NCBI RefSeq assembly: GCF_024700885.2
Contig: NZ_CP117016.1
DNA: 64,000 nt
Origin: Escherichia coli
GTDB taxonomy: Bacteria; Pseudomonadota; Gammaproteobacteria; Enterobacterales; Enterobacteriaceae
Reading direction: 5' to 3' (one strand)
In this document: positions 1 to 9,266 of the stretch, one piece after another
How positions within the stretch are numbered: position 1 is the stretch's first letter
How the letters are laid out: every line of letters starts with the position of its first letter
Made by a program: the position numbers and the translations under genes
Notes under the pieces: model-generated
The model's input: the letters and a program-made list of their open reading frames with translations, nothing else
The model's database searches: none
What the model was told of the DNA's origin: nothing

Positions 1-433
1 GGTGTGACTTTTTTGGTGGGATACGTCGTATGCGCAGGTGCGCAATTGTAATAAAACTTCGCCGGAGTAGCGGTATCAATACTGGCAAAGACAACTTCTT
101 TTGCGCCTTTACCAACATACAGGGCTTCGCGGTGACCGATTTCATAGCATTGACCATCGACGGTAATCGTACCGGCACCGCCAATATTGATAACACCTAA
201 CTCGCGACGTTCCAGGAAATAGCTTACGCCGAGTTGTTTACCAACTTCCCCGCCAACGGAAACCGTTTTAGTTACCGGCATAATGCCGCCAACAATAATA
301 CGGTCAATGTGGCTGTAAACCATGGTGTACTCATCGGCGACAAATACCTTTTCAACCAAAAATTCATTGCGCAGCCCCTGGGTATCCAGCGTTTTTGCAT
401 GCGCACTGTGGATGCTCTGTCTTACGTCCACAT
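1..433 (-). CDS. kduI: 5-dehydro-4-deoxy-D-glucuronate isomerase, N-terminal portion (gene continues past the left edge)
   Basis: Reverse-strand translation from GTG at 433-431 reads [24 protein letters not shown]...; GGAGG Shine-Dalgarno 6 nt upstream; ORF-track 234..446(+) is its antisense shadow. Confidence 0.8.
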
Positions 434-473
434 CAACCTCCGATAATCAGTGAAGCGTGAAAATAGAAAACGA

Positions 474-493
474 TAGTGAAACGCTGTTTCGTT
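474..493. promoter_or_regulatory. KdgR-like operator, near-palindrome GTGAAACGCTGTTTCG, upstream of kduI
   Basis: Inverted half-sites TGAAAC / GTTTC seen in sequence; resemblance to the KdgR operator is from memory. Confidence 0.35.
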
Positions 494-540
494 TTCTCTA
501 TAAGGGGATGATATGCCCACGGGATAGGGTTTTCAATTAA

Positions 541-561
541 AAATAAAACAACGTTTCATTT
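541..561. promoter_or_regulatory. KdgR-like operator AAATAAAACAACGTTTCATTT upstream of kduI
   Basis: Near-palindrome AAATRAAAC..GTTTCATTT seen in sequence, about 110 bp upstream of the kduI start. Confidence 0.4.
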
Positions 562-717
562 TTAAGTTAAGGACTGAAAAAAGTGCAGTGTCGATCACGA
601 ATATGTCATGAGAATGGAAAAATCAGGGAGCCCTGAAAATGTATGTCGACTCGCCAGCCACCATTATTCAACAGATTAATGACGGCTGATATTTATCGGT
701 AAGGAGGAAATGCAGAG

Positions 718-1902
718 CTATTCGTCACGTTCAATGGTCAATGCCACGCCCTGGCCCCCGCCGATACAAAGCGTAGCCAGTCCTTTGCGGGCATTACGTT
801 TCACCATTTCATGAACCAGAGAAACGAGGATTCGGCAACCGGAAGCGCCTATTGGATGACCGAGTGCGATCGCGCCACCATTGACATTGACCCGACGCTC
901 ATCCCATTCAAGCATCTTGCCAACCGAAAGCGCCTGTGCAGCAAACGCTTCATTAGCCTCGATAAGATCGACATCAGCCAACTGCCAGCCAACACGCTCC
1001 AGGCAACGGCGGGTCGCATACACCGGCGCAATTCCCATCAATGCCGGATCTACACCAACGCTGGCAAATGCGCGGATGCGGGCCAGCACGGGTAAATTCA
1101 ACGCTCGTGCTTTGGCTTCGCTCATCATCATTACTGCAGCTGCGCCATCGTTTATGGATGATGCATTACCCGCTGTCACAGAGCCGAGACTATCAAATGA
1201 AGGATTTAAACGGGCTAAGCCTTCTGTACTGGCGTCAGTGCGTGGCTGTTCATCGGTATCTACAACCAACGTCTGACCGTTACTTTGGGTCATTACCGGG
1301 ACGATCTCATCTTTAAATCGTCCGGCGTCAATCGCCGCTCGCGCTTTTTGTTGCGAGCTAAGTGCGTAAGCATCCTGCAACTGACGGCTGATGCCATATT
1401 CGCGAGCCAGATTTTCGGCGGTGACACCAATATGATAATCATTGAAGGCATCCCACAACCCATCGTGCACAAGACTATCAACCAACTGGCTATTGCCAAG
1501 CTGTGCACCAGTGCGGCTATCAGTCAGAACATGTGGTGCGCGGCTCATGTTTTCCTGGCCACCGGCGATGACAATATCAGCCTCGCCACACTGTATCGCC
1601 TGAGTAGCCAGATGCAGTGCTTTAAGCCCGGAACCGCAAACGTCATTAATAGTGATTGCAGAAACGCTGTTAGGAAGACCACCTTTAATAGCCGATTGCC
1701 TTGCCGGATTCTGCCCTGCCCCTGCAGTCAACACCTGACCAAGAATCACTTCATCCACCGCATATGCAGGAACACCGGTACGTTCTATTAACGCTTTCAC
1801 GACCAGGCTGCCAAGTTCCACGGCGGAATGACCCGCTAACGCACCACGAAAGCAGCCGATAGGTGTCCGTAACGCCCCGACAATCACAACGTCTTTCATC
1901 AC
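718..1902 (-). CDS. yqeF: acetyl-CoA acetyltransferase (thiolase)
   Basis: 394-aa ORF with thiolase signatures (VCGSGL active-site Cys region, C-terminal CIGGGQG); the second Met at 1899 may be the true start. Confidence 0.9.
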   Translation of the reverse strand: MMKDVVIVGALRTPIGCFRGALAGHSAVELGSLVVKALIERTGVPAYAVDEVILGQVLTAGAGQNPARQSAIKGGLPNSVSAITINDVCGSGLKALHLATQAIQCGEADIVIAGGQENMSRAPHVLTDSRTGAQLGNSQLVDSLVHDGLWDAFNDYHIGVTAENLAREYGISRQLQDAYALSSQQKARAAIDAGRFKDEIVPVMTQSNGQTLVVDTDEQPRTDASTEGLARLNPSFDSLGSVTAGNASSINDGAAAVMMMSEAKARALNLPVLARIRAFASVGVDPALMGIAPVYATRRCLERVGWQLADVDLIEANEAFAAQALSVGKMLEWDERRVNVNGGAIALGHPIGASGCRILVSLVHEMVKRNARKGLATLCIGGGQGVALTIERDE

Positions 1903-2153
1903 AACCTCGCACCAATTAACAGTGCAATAGTAAATGATTGTTAATAACAGTTATCTTAATTGTTTAAAAAAAGTGATTTTTATCACAAAGGAAATACGCC
2001 TGACCAGCGGTCAGAGACATAACTGGCACGTAAGGTTTGCAACCACTAACCCACCAATAGAGAGGTAGAAAGGGCGTTAATCTCCCATACTTAACCTGGT
2101 TTATGGTAAATTGCCCTCCATTTTGTTTAATTTGTAGATGATACGTTCAGATA

Positions 2154-3383
2154 ATGTCTAATATTTGGTCAAAAGAAGAAACTCTGTGGAGTTTCGCGCT
2201 CTACGGCACAGCCGTTGGTGCAGGCACGCTCTTCCTTCCTATTCAGTTAGGTTCGGCAGGGGCTGTGGTCCTGTTTATTACTGCTCTGGTCGCCTGGCCT
2301 TTAACATATTGGCCACATAAAGCCTTATGCCAGTTCATCCTCTCATCAAAAACATCAGCAGGTGAAGGGATAACGGGCGCGGTAACACACTACTATGGCA
2401 AGAAGATTGGTAATCTGATTACCACGCTGTACTTCATCGCCTTTTTTGTCGTCGTGTTGATATATGCCGTGGCAATTACCAACTCACTTACGGAACAGCT
2501 GGCAAAGCATATGGTTATTGATCTTCGCATCCGTATGTTGGTGAGTCTGGGTGTTGTATTAATCCTGAATCTCATTTTTCTAATGGGACGCCATGCCACT
2601 ATTCGGGTAATGGGATTTTTGGTATTCCCATTGATTGCCTATTTCTTATTTCTTTCTATTTACCTGGTCGGTAGTTGGCAACCTGATCTATTAACTACCC
2701 AGGTAGAGTTCAATCAGAATACCCTTCACCAGATATGGATATCGATTCCCGTGATGGTTTTCGCCTTTAGCCATACGCCCATTATTTCTACGTTTGCCAT
2801 AGACAGACGTGAAAAATATGGCGAACATGCTATGGATAAATGCAAAAAAATTATGAAAGTCGCTTATCTCATCATCTGCATAAGTGTACTGTTCTTTGTC
2901 TTTAGCTGCCTGCTTTCTATTCCACCTTCGTATATTGAAGCGGCTAAAGAAGAAGGGGTTACCATTTTATCGGCGCTTTCTATGCTGCCGAACGCCCCAG
3001 CATGGTTGTCAATTTCCGGGATTATTGTCGCAGTCGTTGCGATGTCGAAATCATTCCTGGGTACGTACTTTGGCGTTATTGAAGGTGCCACGGAGGTCGT
3101 CAAAACAACACTGCAGCAGGTTGGTGTAAAGAAAAGTCGTGCATTTAACCGCGCACTATCAATTATGTTGGTATCGCTGATTACCTTCATTGTTTGTTGC
3201 ATTAACCCGAACGCGATATCGATGATTTACGCGATCAGCGGCCCGCTCATTGCCATGATACTTTTCATCATGCCTACGCTGTCAACATATCTCATCCCGG
3301 CGCTTAAACCCTGGCGTTCCATCGGAAATCTGATTACGCTGATCGTGGGTGTCCTGTGCGTATCGGTAATGTTCTTTAGCTAA
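2154..3383 (+). CDS. yqeG: multi-pass membrane transporter (amino-acid permease-like)
   Basis: 409-aa highly hydrophobic ORF with many predicted transmembrane segments; position after yqeF matches K-12 order. Confidence 0.85.
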   Translation: MSNIWSKEETLWSFALYGTAVGAGTLFLPIQLGSAGAVVLFITALVAWPLTYWPHKALCQFILSSKTSAGEGITGAVTHYYGKKIGNLITTLYFIAFFVVVLIYAVAITNSLTEQLAKHMVIDLRIRMLVSLGVVLILNLIFLMGRHATIRVMGFLVFPLIAYFLFLSIYLVGSWQPDLLTTQVEFNQNTLHQIWISIPVMVFAFSHTPIISTFAIDRREKYGEHAMDKCKKIMKVAYLIICISVLFFVFSCLLSIPPSYIEAAKEEGVTILSALSMLPNAPAWLSISGIIVAVVAMSKSFLGTYFGVIEGATEVVKTTLQQVGVKKSRAFNRALSIMLVSLITFIVCCINPNAISMIYAISGPLIAMILFIMPTLSTYLIPALKPWRSIGNLITLIVGVLCVSVMFFS

Positions 3384-3393
3384 TATCCATTGT

Positions 3394-3436
3394 GAATGGT
3401 TCAAAATTGCTACAATTTTGAACCATTCCAGTTTTC
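3394..3436 (+). terminator. rho-independent terminator after yqeG
   Basis: Perfect 16-bp inverted repeat GAATGGTTCAAAATTG / CAATTTTGAACCATTC with a 3-nt loop, followed by a T-rich tract. Confidence 0.6.
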
Positions 3437-3842
3437 ATAATGTTCATTTGTTATAATTCCGCTCTATCACTTCTCTCGTCATATCCTAGTATTATCAGTT
3501 AGTTAAACACACAAAGAGATCTGAACATCTTAAATAAGACTATTTAAGATGCATAACTTAGATTCGCAAGATATCTTCTGGTCATTCAAAAACAATTTGC
3601 GATATAGATATTCTCATACCATGAGATAGTTATCTGAACCACCATCAACCAGGTAAGATTAAATCAGTGAAACATAATCATATTTAATAACGAGAAATGC
3701 ATTTTTAAATGCTTTACTCAGAATTATAGCAAATACAGATTAATCGCAATTTTTCCCAGCAAAATTACAAAATCATGGTGTATTGACATCATCAATAACC
3801 AATGAAATTATGCAATTATATACGGATAGGGAGGTTCTTAAC

Positions 3843-4475
3843 ATGGGGCTTTGTAGTCGTTATAAAAGTCTTACATGCAATAGTTGCTCAATGCATTGCC
3901 AAATAATGCCAGAAGAGTCACCGCGTTTGCAGTATTGCGCAAACTCGTGTTTTTGTATGTGGCCCGAAGAAAGTTCATATTTTAATCGTGGTGTGGTGGA
4001 AGGTATCTTAACAAAAAACCACAATGCGAGATTAAGCGGATATATTTTTGTCGATTTTTCAGTAAGTTTTTTACGTCTATTCCTTGAAAAAGACTGGATT
4101 GACTATCTTGCAAGTACTGACATGGGGATTGTTTTAGTCAGCGACCGAAATATGCAATCGTTAGCTAACTACTGGCGAAAACACAACTCTGCAATATCTG
4201 CTGTCATATATAATGATGATGGTCTTGATGTTGCCAATGAAAAGATCAGACAACTATTTATTGGTCGTTATTTATCATTTACCAGAGGGAACACATTAAC
4301 TCAGATGGAATTCACCATAATGGGATATATGGTTTCTGGTTATAATCCATATCAGATTGCTGAAGTTCTGGATATGGATATCCGTAGCATCTACGCGTAC
4401 AAGCAACGAATCGAAAAGAGAATGGGTGGTAAAATAAACGAGTTATTTATTCGTTCACATTCGGTCCAACATTGA
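3843..4475 (+). CDS. yqeH: LuxR-family transcriptional regulator (ETT2-island remnant)
   Basis: ORF-track ORF 3783..4475 begins at TTG; the ATG at 3843 (MGLCSRYKSL...) gives 210 aa; C-terminal helix-turn-helix region of LuxR/GerE type (NTLTQMEFTIMGYMVSGYNPYQIAEVLDMDIRSIYAYKQRIEKRM); AT-rich codon usage. Confidence 0.8.
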   Translation: MGLCSRYKSLTCNSCSMHCQIMPEESPRLQYCANSCFCMWPEESSYFNRGVVEGILTKNHNARLSGYIFVDFSVSFLRLFLEKDWIDYLASTDMGIVLVSDRNMQSLANYWRKHNSAISAVIYNDDGLDVANEKIRQLFIGRYLSFTRGNTLTQMEFTIMGYMVSGYNPYQIAEVLDMDIRSIYAYKQRIEKRMGGKINELFIRSHSVQH

Positions 4476-4508
4476 TACTCAATAATCTGCCAGAATCATA
4501 CTCTGCTT

Positions 4509-4540
4509 ATACGGGCATCTATTGAAATGCCCGTATTTTA
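4509..4540 (+). terminator. rho-independent terminator after yqeH
   Basis: 10-bp perfect stem ATACGGGCAT / ATGCCCGTAT with an 8-nt loop, followed by TTTTAC. Confidence 0.6.
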
Positions 4541-4688
4541 CAAATAAGCAGTACCCCCAAGAGTAAACAACATGGTATTTAAAACCATCACACGAAAAAT
4601 TCAGAAGCATTACGAAATATGAATTTACAAACAGGTGATGCTGCCAACTTACTGATTTAGTGTATGATGGTGTTTTTGAGGTGCTCCA

Positions 4689-4964
4689 GTGGCTTCTGTT
4701 TCTATCAGCTGTCCCTCCTGTTCAGCTACTGACGGGGTGGTGCGTAACGGCAAAAGCACCGCCGGACATCAGCGCTATCTCTGCTCTCACTGCCGTAAAA
4801 CATGGCAACTGCAGTTCACTTACACCGCTTCTCAACCCGGTACGCACCAGAAAATCATTGATATGGCCATGAATGGCGTTGGATGCCGGGCAACTGCCCG
4901 CATTATGGGCGTTGGCCTCAACACGATTTTACGTCACTTAAAAAACTCAGGCCGCAGTCGGTAA
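4689..4964 (+). CDS. insA: IS1 InsA (transposition repressor)
   Basis: 91-aa [40 protein letters not shown]... recognised as IS1 InsA; GTG start. Confidence 0.95.
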
Positions 4965-5386
4965 CCTCGCGCATACAGCCGGGCAGTGACGTCATCGTCT
5001 GCGCGGAAATGGACGAACAGTGGGGCTATGTCGGGGCTAAATCGCGCCAGCGCTGGCTGTTTTACGCGTATGACAGTCTCCGGAAGACGGTTGTTGCGCA
5101 CGTATTCGGTGAACGCACTATGGCGACGCTGGGGCGTCTTATGAGCCTGCTGTCACCCTTTGACGTGGTGATATGGATGACGGATGGCTGGCCGCTGTAT
5201 GAATCCCGCCTGAAGGGAAAGCTGCACGTAATCAGCAAGCGATATACGCAGCGAATTGAGCGGCATAACCTGAATCTGAGGCAGCACCTGGCACGGCTGG
5301 GACGGAAGTCGCTGTCGTTCTCAAAATCGGTGGAGCTGCATGACAAAGTCATCGGGCATTATCTGAACATAAAACACTATCAATAA
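4883..5386 (+). CDS. insB: IS1 InsB frame; the transposase InsAB' is made by a -1 frameshift at the TTAAAAAACTC motif near 4936-4946
   Basis: 167-aa ORF matching InsB; A6C slippery motif present in the insA/insB overlap. Confidence 0.9.
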
Positions 5387-5638
5387 GTTGGAGTCATTAC
5401 CCAGTCTGTCGATGACATTACAATGCCAGGATGGGCTTTATCTTCACGTTGTGCTATCGCGGTGTGAGAGGTGCAACTGCCGCCAACGTTAGGTTATACT
5501 GTCATCTCACCGTGTAACTTAACGTGACAGTTACTAAGGGCGGATCACAATGGTAGAACTCCTAAGCAAATTAAATAGGTAACTGTTTAAGTTGCTGACA
5601 GAGAAGACTTTTTTGGTCTTCTCCACCTGGGGAGATTC

Positions 5639-5712
5639 TGGAGCGGGCGAAGGGAATCGAACCCTCGTATAGAGCTTGGGAAGCTCTCGTTCTACCATTG
5701 AACTACGCCCGC
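5639..5712 (-). tRNA. glyU: tRNA-Gly (anticodon CCC)
   Basis: Reverse complement reads GCGGGCGTAGTTCAATGGTAGAACGAGAGCTTCCCAAGCTCTATACGAGGGTTCGATTCCCTTCGCCCGCTCCA with encoded CCA. Confidence 0.95.
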
Positions 5713-5790
5713 TTCGAGATGCGTAAGGCATTATAAACCTTACGCTCTCCTTAGCAAGTGCCGCGCTGCTGACTGCTGATTAATTCGCCA

Positions 5791-6567
5791 TCAGCATTTT
5801 GGCTTGCTGCTCTGAGGCGGCAAGTAACGCAGCGGATCAATTGCCGTAGCACGGTAACGAATCTGGAAATGCAGGCGAACCGATGCCGCATCAGTGCTCC
5901 CCATAGTGGCGATTTTTTGCCCAGCCTTCACGCTTTGCCCATTATTTACCAGCATCGTGTCATTATGGGCGTAAGCCGTAATGTAATCTTCACTGTGTTT
6001 AATCATGATGAGATTACCGTAGCCACGCAGCTGGTTGCCCACATACACCACCTTTCCTGCACCCGCGGCGTAAATAGGTGTACCTCGTGGAGCTGAGATA
6101 TCAATCCCTTTATTGCCGCCATCAGCTGTCGAATACGGCATGATAACTTTCCCTGTCGTTGGCCATAACCAACAACGTTGCCCTACTGGCGGCCAGGAAG
6201 ATTTCGGTACTGCTGATGACGGTGTAACCGATGCGGTTTTGGTCGTTGATTTGGCGGTTGATTTACGTGTACTGCTACTTTTCGCCCCACCCAGTTTTAG
6301 TTTCTGACCAACTTCAATGGTGTAAGGGGGGGAAATGCCGTTCAGTCGCGCCAGCTCTTTTACGCTGGTTCCCGTGGTGCGCGAAATACGATATAGCGTA
6401 TCCCCCCGTTTCACGGTGTAAACGGAGCCGGAATACGTTCCTGTATCGGATGATTTGCTACCCGAGCAGCCCGCCAAAAGCAGTCCAACCGATAACAACA
6501 TCACGATACCCAGAGATTTTTTATTCAGGCGTCCCGCACTCAAAATCTTTCCTCGCTTAAAAAACAA
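5791..6567 (-). CDS. ygeR: LysM-domain / M23-family peptidase lipoprotein
   Basis: 258-aa ORF; lipobox LLLAGCSG; LysM motif (YTVKRGDTLYRISRTTGTSVKELARLNGI); M23 peptidase-like C-terminus. Confidence 0.85.
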   Translation of the reverse strand: MFFKRGKILSAGRLNKKSLGIVMLLSVGLLLAGCSGSKSSDTGTYSGSVYTVKRGDTLYRISRTTGTSVKELARLNGISPPYTIEVGQKLKLGGAKSSSTRKSTAKSTTKTASVTPSSAVPKSSWPPVGQRCWLWPTTGKVIMPYSTADGGNKGIDISAPRGTPIYAAGAGKVVYVGNQLRGYGNLIMIKHSEDYITAYAHNDTMLVNNGQSVKAGQKIATMGSTDAASVRLHFQIRYRATAIDPLRYLPPQSSKPKC

Positions 6568-6887
6568 GACGCCATATCATAGCAGCCAGCCTCTGGATAC
6601 CCAATCTCTTGCTTCTCGAAAAACGCGGTAATAGAGAAAGAGGTTAATTTCATTTGGCAAAGGGAAGTATCATCAGCAAAATATTCGCTGCAGAGGTATC
6701 GAATTTCCTGACTTTTTTACCCTATTTCCCATCCTGATGCGTAATAATCCTGATTTATCACATTGATTTTATCGCCACTCATATTGATACGTATCACTGC
6801 CCCTATTCAGAGTCCTGTTTCGTATCATATCTGTGTTTTTTTAACGTCATCACACTTCCTTCCTCCCCTAACGCTTATCGTCGTTTC

Positions 6888-6902
6888 TGGCGTAAATCTT
6901 GC
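6888..6902 (+). promoter_or_regulatory. candidate sigma54 (-24/-12) promoter for xdhA: TGGCGTAAATCTTGC
   Basis: GG and GC spaced as in the TGGCAC-N5-TTGC consensus; about 96 bp upstream of the xdhA start. Confidence 0.4.
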
Positions 6903-6997
6903 CTGCTTAGACTAAATCTTTGCCATAAGAACCAAATGTTCAAATCGAGGGGATTTCTATGGAAGCGCGGGAAGCAACCGCTACGGGTGAATCTTGC

Positions 6998-9256
6998 ATG
7001 CGCGTCGATGCCATTGCTAAGGTCACCGGGCGGGCACGATATACTGACGATTATGTTATGGCGGGCATGTGTTACGCGAAATATGTACGTAGCCCTATCG
7101 CACATGGTTATGCCGTAAGTATTAATGATGAACAAGCCAGAAGTTTACCAGGCGTACTGGCGATTTTTACCTGGGAAGATGTACCTGATATCCCATTCGC
7201 TACAGCTGGGCATGCCTGGACACTTGACGAAAACAAGCGCGATACCGCCGATCGCGCACTGCTAACTCGCCATGTTCGTCATCATGGTGACGCCGTTGCC
7301 ATCGTCGTGGCCCGTGATGAACTCACGGCAGAAAAAGCGGCGCAATTGGTCAGCATTGAGTGGCAAGAATTACCCGTTATCACCACGCCAGAAGCGGCGC
7401 TGGCAGATGACGCTGCACCAATCCATAACGGCGGCAATTTACTAAAACAAAGCTCGATGTCGACGGGTAATGTCCAACAAACAATCGATGCCGCCGATTA
7501 CCAGGTGCAGGGGCACTATCAGACGCCGGTCATTCAACATTGTCACATGGAAAGCGTGACATCGCTGGCATGGATGGAGGATGACTCGCGAATTACCATC
7601 GTTTCCAGCACCCAGATCCCGCACATTGTTCGCCGTGTGGTTGGTCAGGCGCTGAATATTCCCTGGTCATGCGTACGAGTCATCAAACCGTTTGTCGGTG
7701 GCGGTTTTGGTAATAAACAGGATGTACTGGAAGAGCCAATGGCGGCATTCCTGACCAGCAAGCTTGGCGGCATTCCGGTGAAAGTTTCCCTTAGCCGTGA
7801 AGAGTGTTTCCTCGCAACCCGTACCCGCCACGCTTTTACTATTGACGGGCAAATGGGCGTGAACCGCGACGGAACATTGAAAGGTTATAGTCTGGATGTT
7901 CTGTCTAACACCGGCGCTTATGCATCTCACGGGCACTCCATCGCTTCTGCAGGGGGGAATAAAGTCGCTTACCTTTATCCTCGTTGTGCCTACGCTTACA
8001 GTTCAAAGACCTGCTATACCAACCTCCCCTCGGCTGGTGCGATGCGTGGTTATGGCGCGCCACAAGTCGTATTTGCCGTTGAGTCTATGCTTGATGACGC
8101 CGCGACAGCGTTAGGTATTGATCCTGTTGAAATTCGTTTACGCAACGCCGCCCGCGAAGGAGATGCTAATCCGCTCACAGGCAAACGTATTTACAGCGCA
8201 GGGTTGCCGGAGTGTCTTGAAAAAGGCCGGAAAATCTTTGAATGGGAAAAACGCCGTGCAGAGTGCCAGAACCAGCAAGGCAATTTACGCCGCGGCGTTG
8301 GCGTCGCCTGTTTTAGCTACACCTCTAACACCTGGCCTGTCGGCGTAGAAATTGCTGGCGCGCGCCTGTTGATGAATCAGGATGGAACCATCAACGTACA
8401 GAGTGGTGCCACGGAAATCGGCCAGGGTGCCGACACCGTGTTCTCGCAAATGGTGGCAGAAACCGTGGGGGTTCCGGTCAGCGACATTCGCGTTATTTCA
8501 ACACAAGATACCGACGTTACGCCGTTCGATCCCGGCGCATTTGCCTCACGCCAGAGCTATGTTGCCGCGCCCGCGCTACGCAGTGCGGCACTGTTATTAA
8601 AGGAGAAAATCATCGCTCACGCCGCTGTCATGCTACATCAGTCAGCGATGAATCTTACCTTGATAAAAGGCCATATCGTGCTGGTTGAACGACCGGAAGA
8701 GCCGTTAATGTCGTTAAAAGATTTGGCGATGGATGCCTTCTACCACCCTGAACGCGGCGGGCAGCTCTCTGCCGAAAGCTCCATCAAAACCACCACTAAC
8801 CCACCAGCGTTTGGCTGTACCTTTGTTGATCTGACGATCGATATTGCGCTGTGCAAAGTCACCATCAACCGCATCCTTAACGTTCATGATTCGGGCCATA
8901 TTCTTAATCCGTTGCTGGCAGAAGGTCAGGTACACGGCGGAATGGGAATGGGCATTGGCTGGGCGCTATTTGAAGAGATGATCATCGATGCGAAAAGCGG
9001 CGTGGTCCGTAACCCCAATCTGCTGGATTACAAAATGCCCACCATGCCGGATCTGCCACAACTGGAAAGCGCGTTCGTCGAAATCAATGAGCCGCAATCC
9101 GCATACGGACATAAGTCACTGGGTGAGCCACCAATAATTCCTGTTGCCGCTGCTATTCGTAACGCGGTGAAGATGGCTACCGGTGTTGCAATCAATACAC
9201 TGCCGCTGACGCCAAAACGGTTATATGAAGAGTTCCATCTGGCAGGATTGATTTGA
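6998..9256 (+). CDS. xdhA: xanthine dehydrogenase, molybdopterin-binding subunit
   Basis: 752 aa from the Met at 6998 (MRVDAIAKVTGRARYTDDY...); GGGFGNK molybdopterin-hydroxylase motif; ORF-track N-terminal extension from 6959 rejected. Confidence 0.9.
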   Translation: MRVDAIAKVTGRARYTDDYVMAGMCYAKYVRSPIAHGYAVSINDEQARSLPGVLAIFTWEDVPDIPFATAGHAWTLDENKRDTADRALLTRHVRHHGDAVAIVVARDELTAEKAAQLVSIEWQELPVITTPEAALADDAAPIHNGGNLLKQSSMSTGNVQQTIDAADYQVQGHYQTPVIQHCHMESVTSLAWMEDDSRITIVSSTQIPHIVRRVVGQALNIPWSCVRVIKPFVGGGFGNKQDVLEEPMAAFLTSKLGGIPVKVSLSREECFLATRTRHAFTIDGQMGVNRDGTLKGYSLDVLSNTGAYASHGHSIASAGGNKVAYLYPRCAYAYSSKTCYTNLPSAGAMRGYGAPQVVFAVESMLDDAATALGIDPVEIRLRNAAREGDANPLTGKRIYSAGLPECLEKGRKIFEWEKRRAECQNQQGNLRRGVGVACFSYTSNTWPVGVEIAGARLLMNQDGTINVQSGATEIGQGADTVFSQMVAETVGVPVSDIRVISTQDTDVTPFDPGAFASRQSYVAAPALRSAALLLKEKIIAHAAVMLHQSAMNLTLIKGHIVLVERPEEPLMSLKDLAMDAFYHPERGGQLSAESSIKTTTNPPAFGCTFVDLTIDIALCKVTINRILNVHDSGHILNPLLAEGQVHGGMGMGIGWALFEEMIIDAKSGVVRNPNLLDYKMPTMPDLPQLESAFVEINEPQSAYGHKSLGEPPIIPVAAAIRNAVKMATGVAINTLPLTPKRLYEEFHLAGLI

Positions 9257-9266
9257 GGATAACATC

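Larger units (their letters stand above)
4634..5401 (+). mobile_element. IS1: IS1 insertion sequence, complete 768-bp copy
   Basis: Left end GGTGATGCTGCCAACTTACTGAT and right end ATCAATAAGTTGGAGTCATTACC match the IS1 terminal inverted repeats; insA and insB inside; flanking 9-mers differ (TTACAAACA vs CAGTCTGTC), so no target-site duplication. Confidence 0.95.

Noticed and set aside
234-446. 70-aa plus-strand ORF at the left edge
   Set aside because: It is the antisense shadow of kduI, whose minus-strand translation gives a clean [13 protein letters not shown]... N-terminus with a GGAGG ribosome-binding site.
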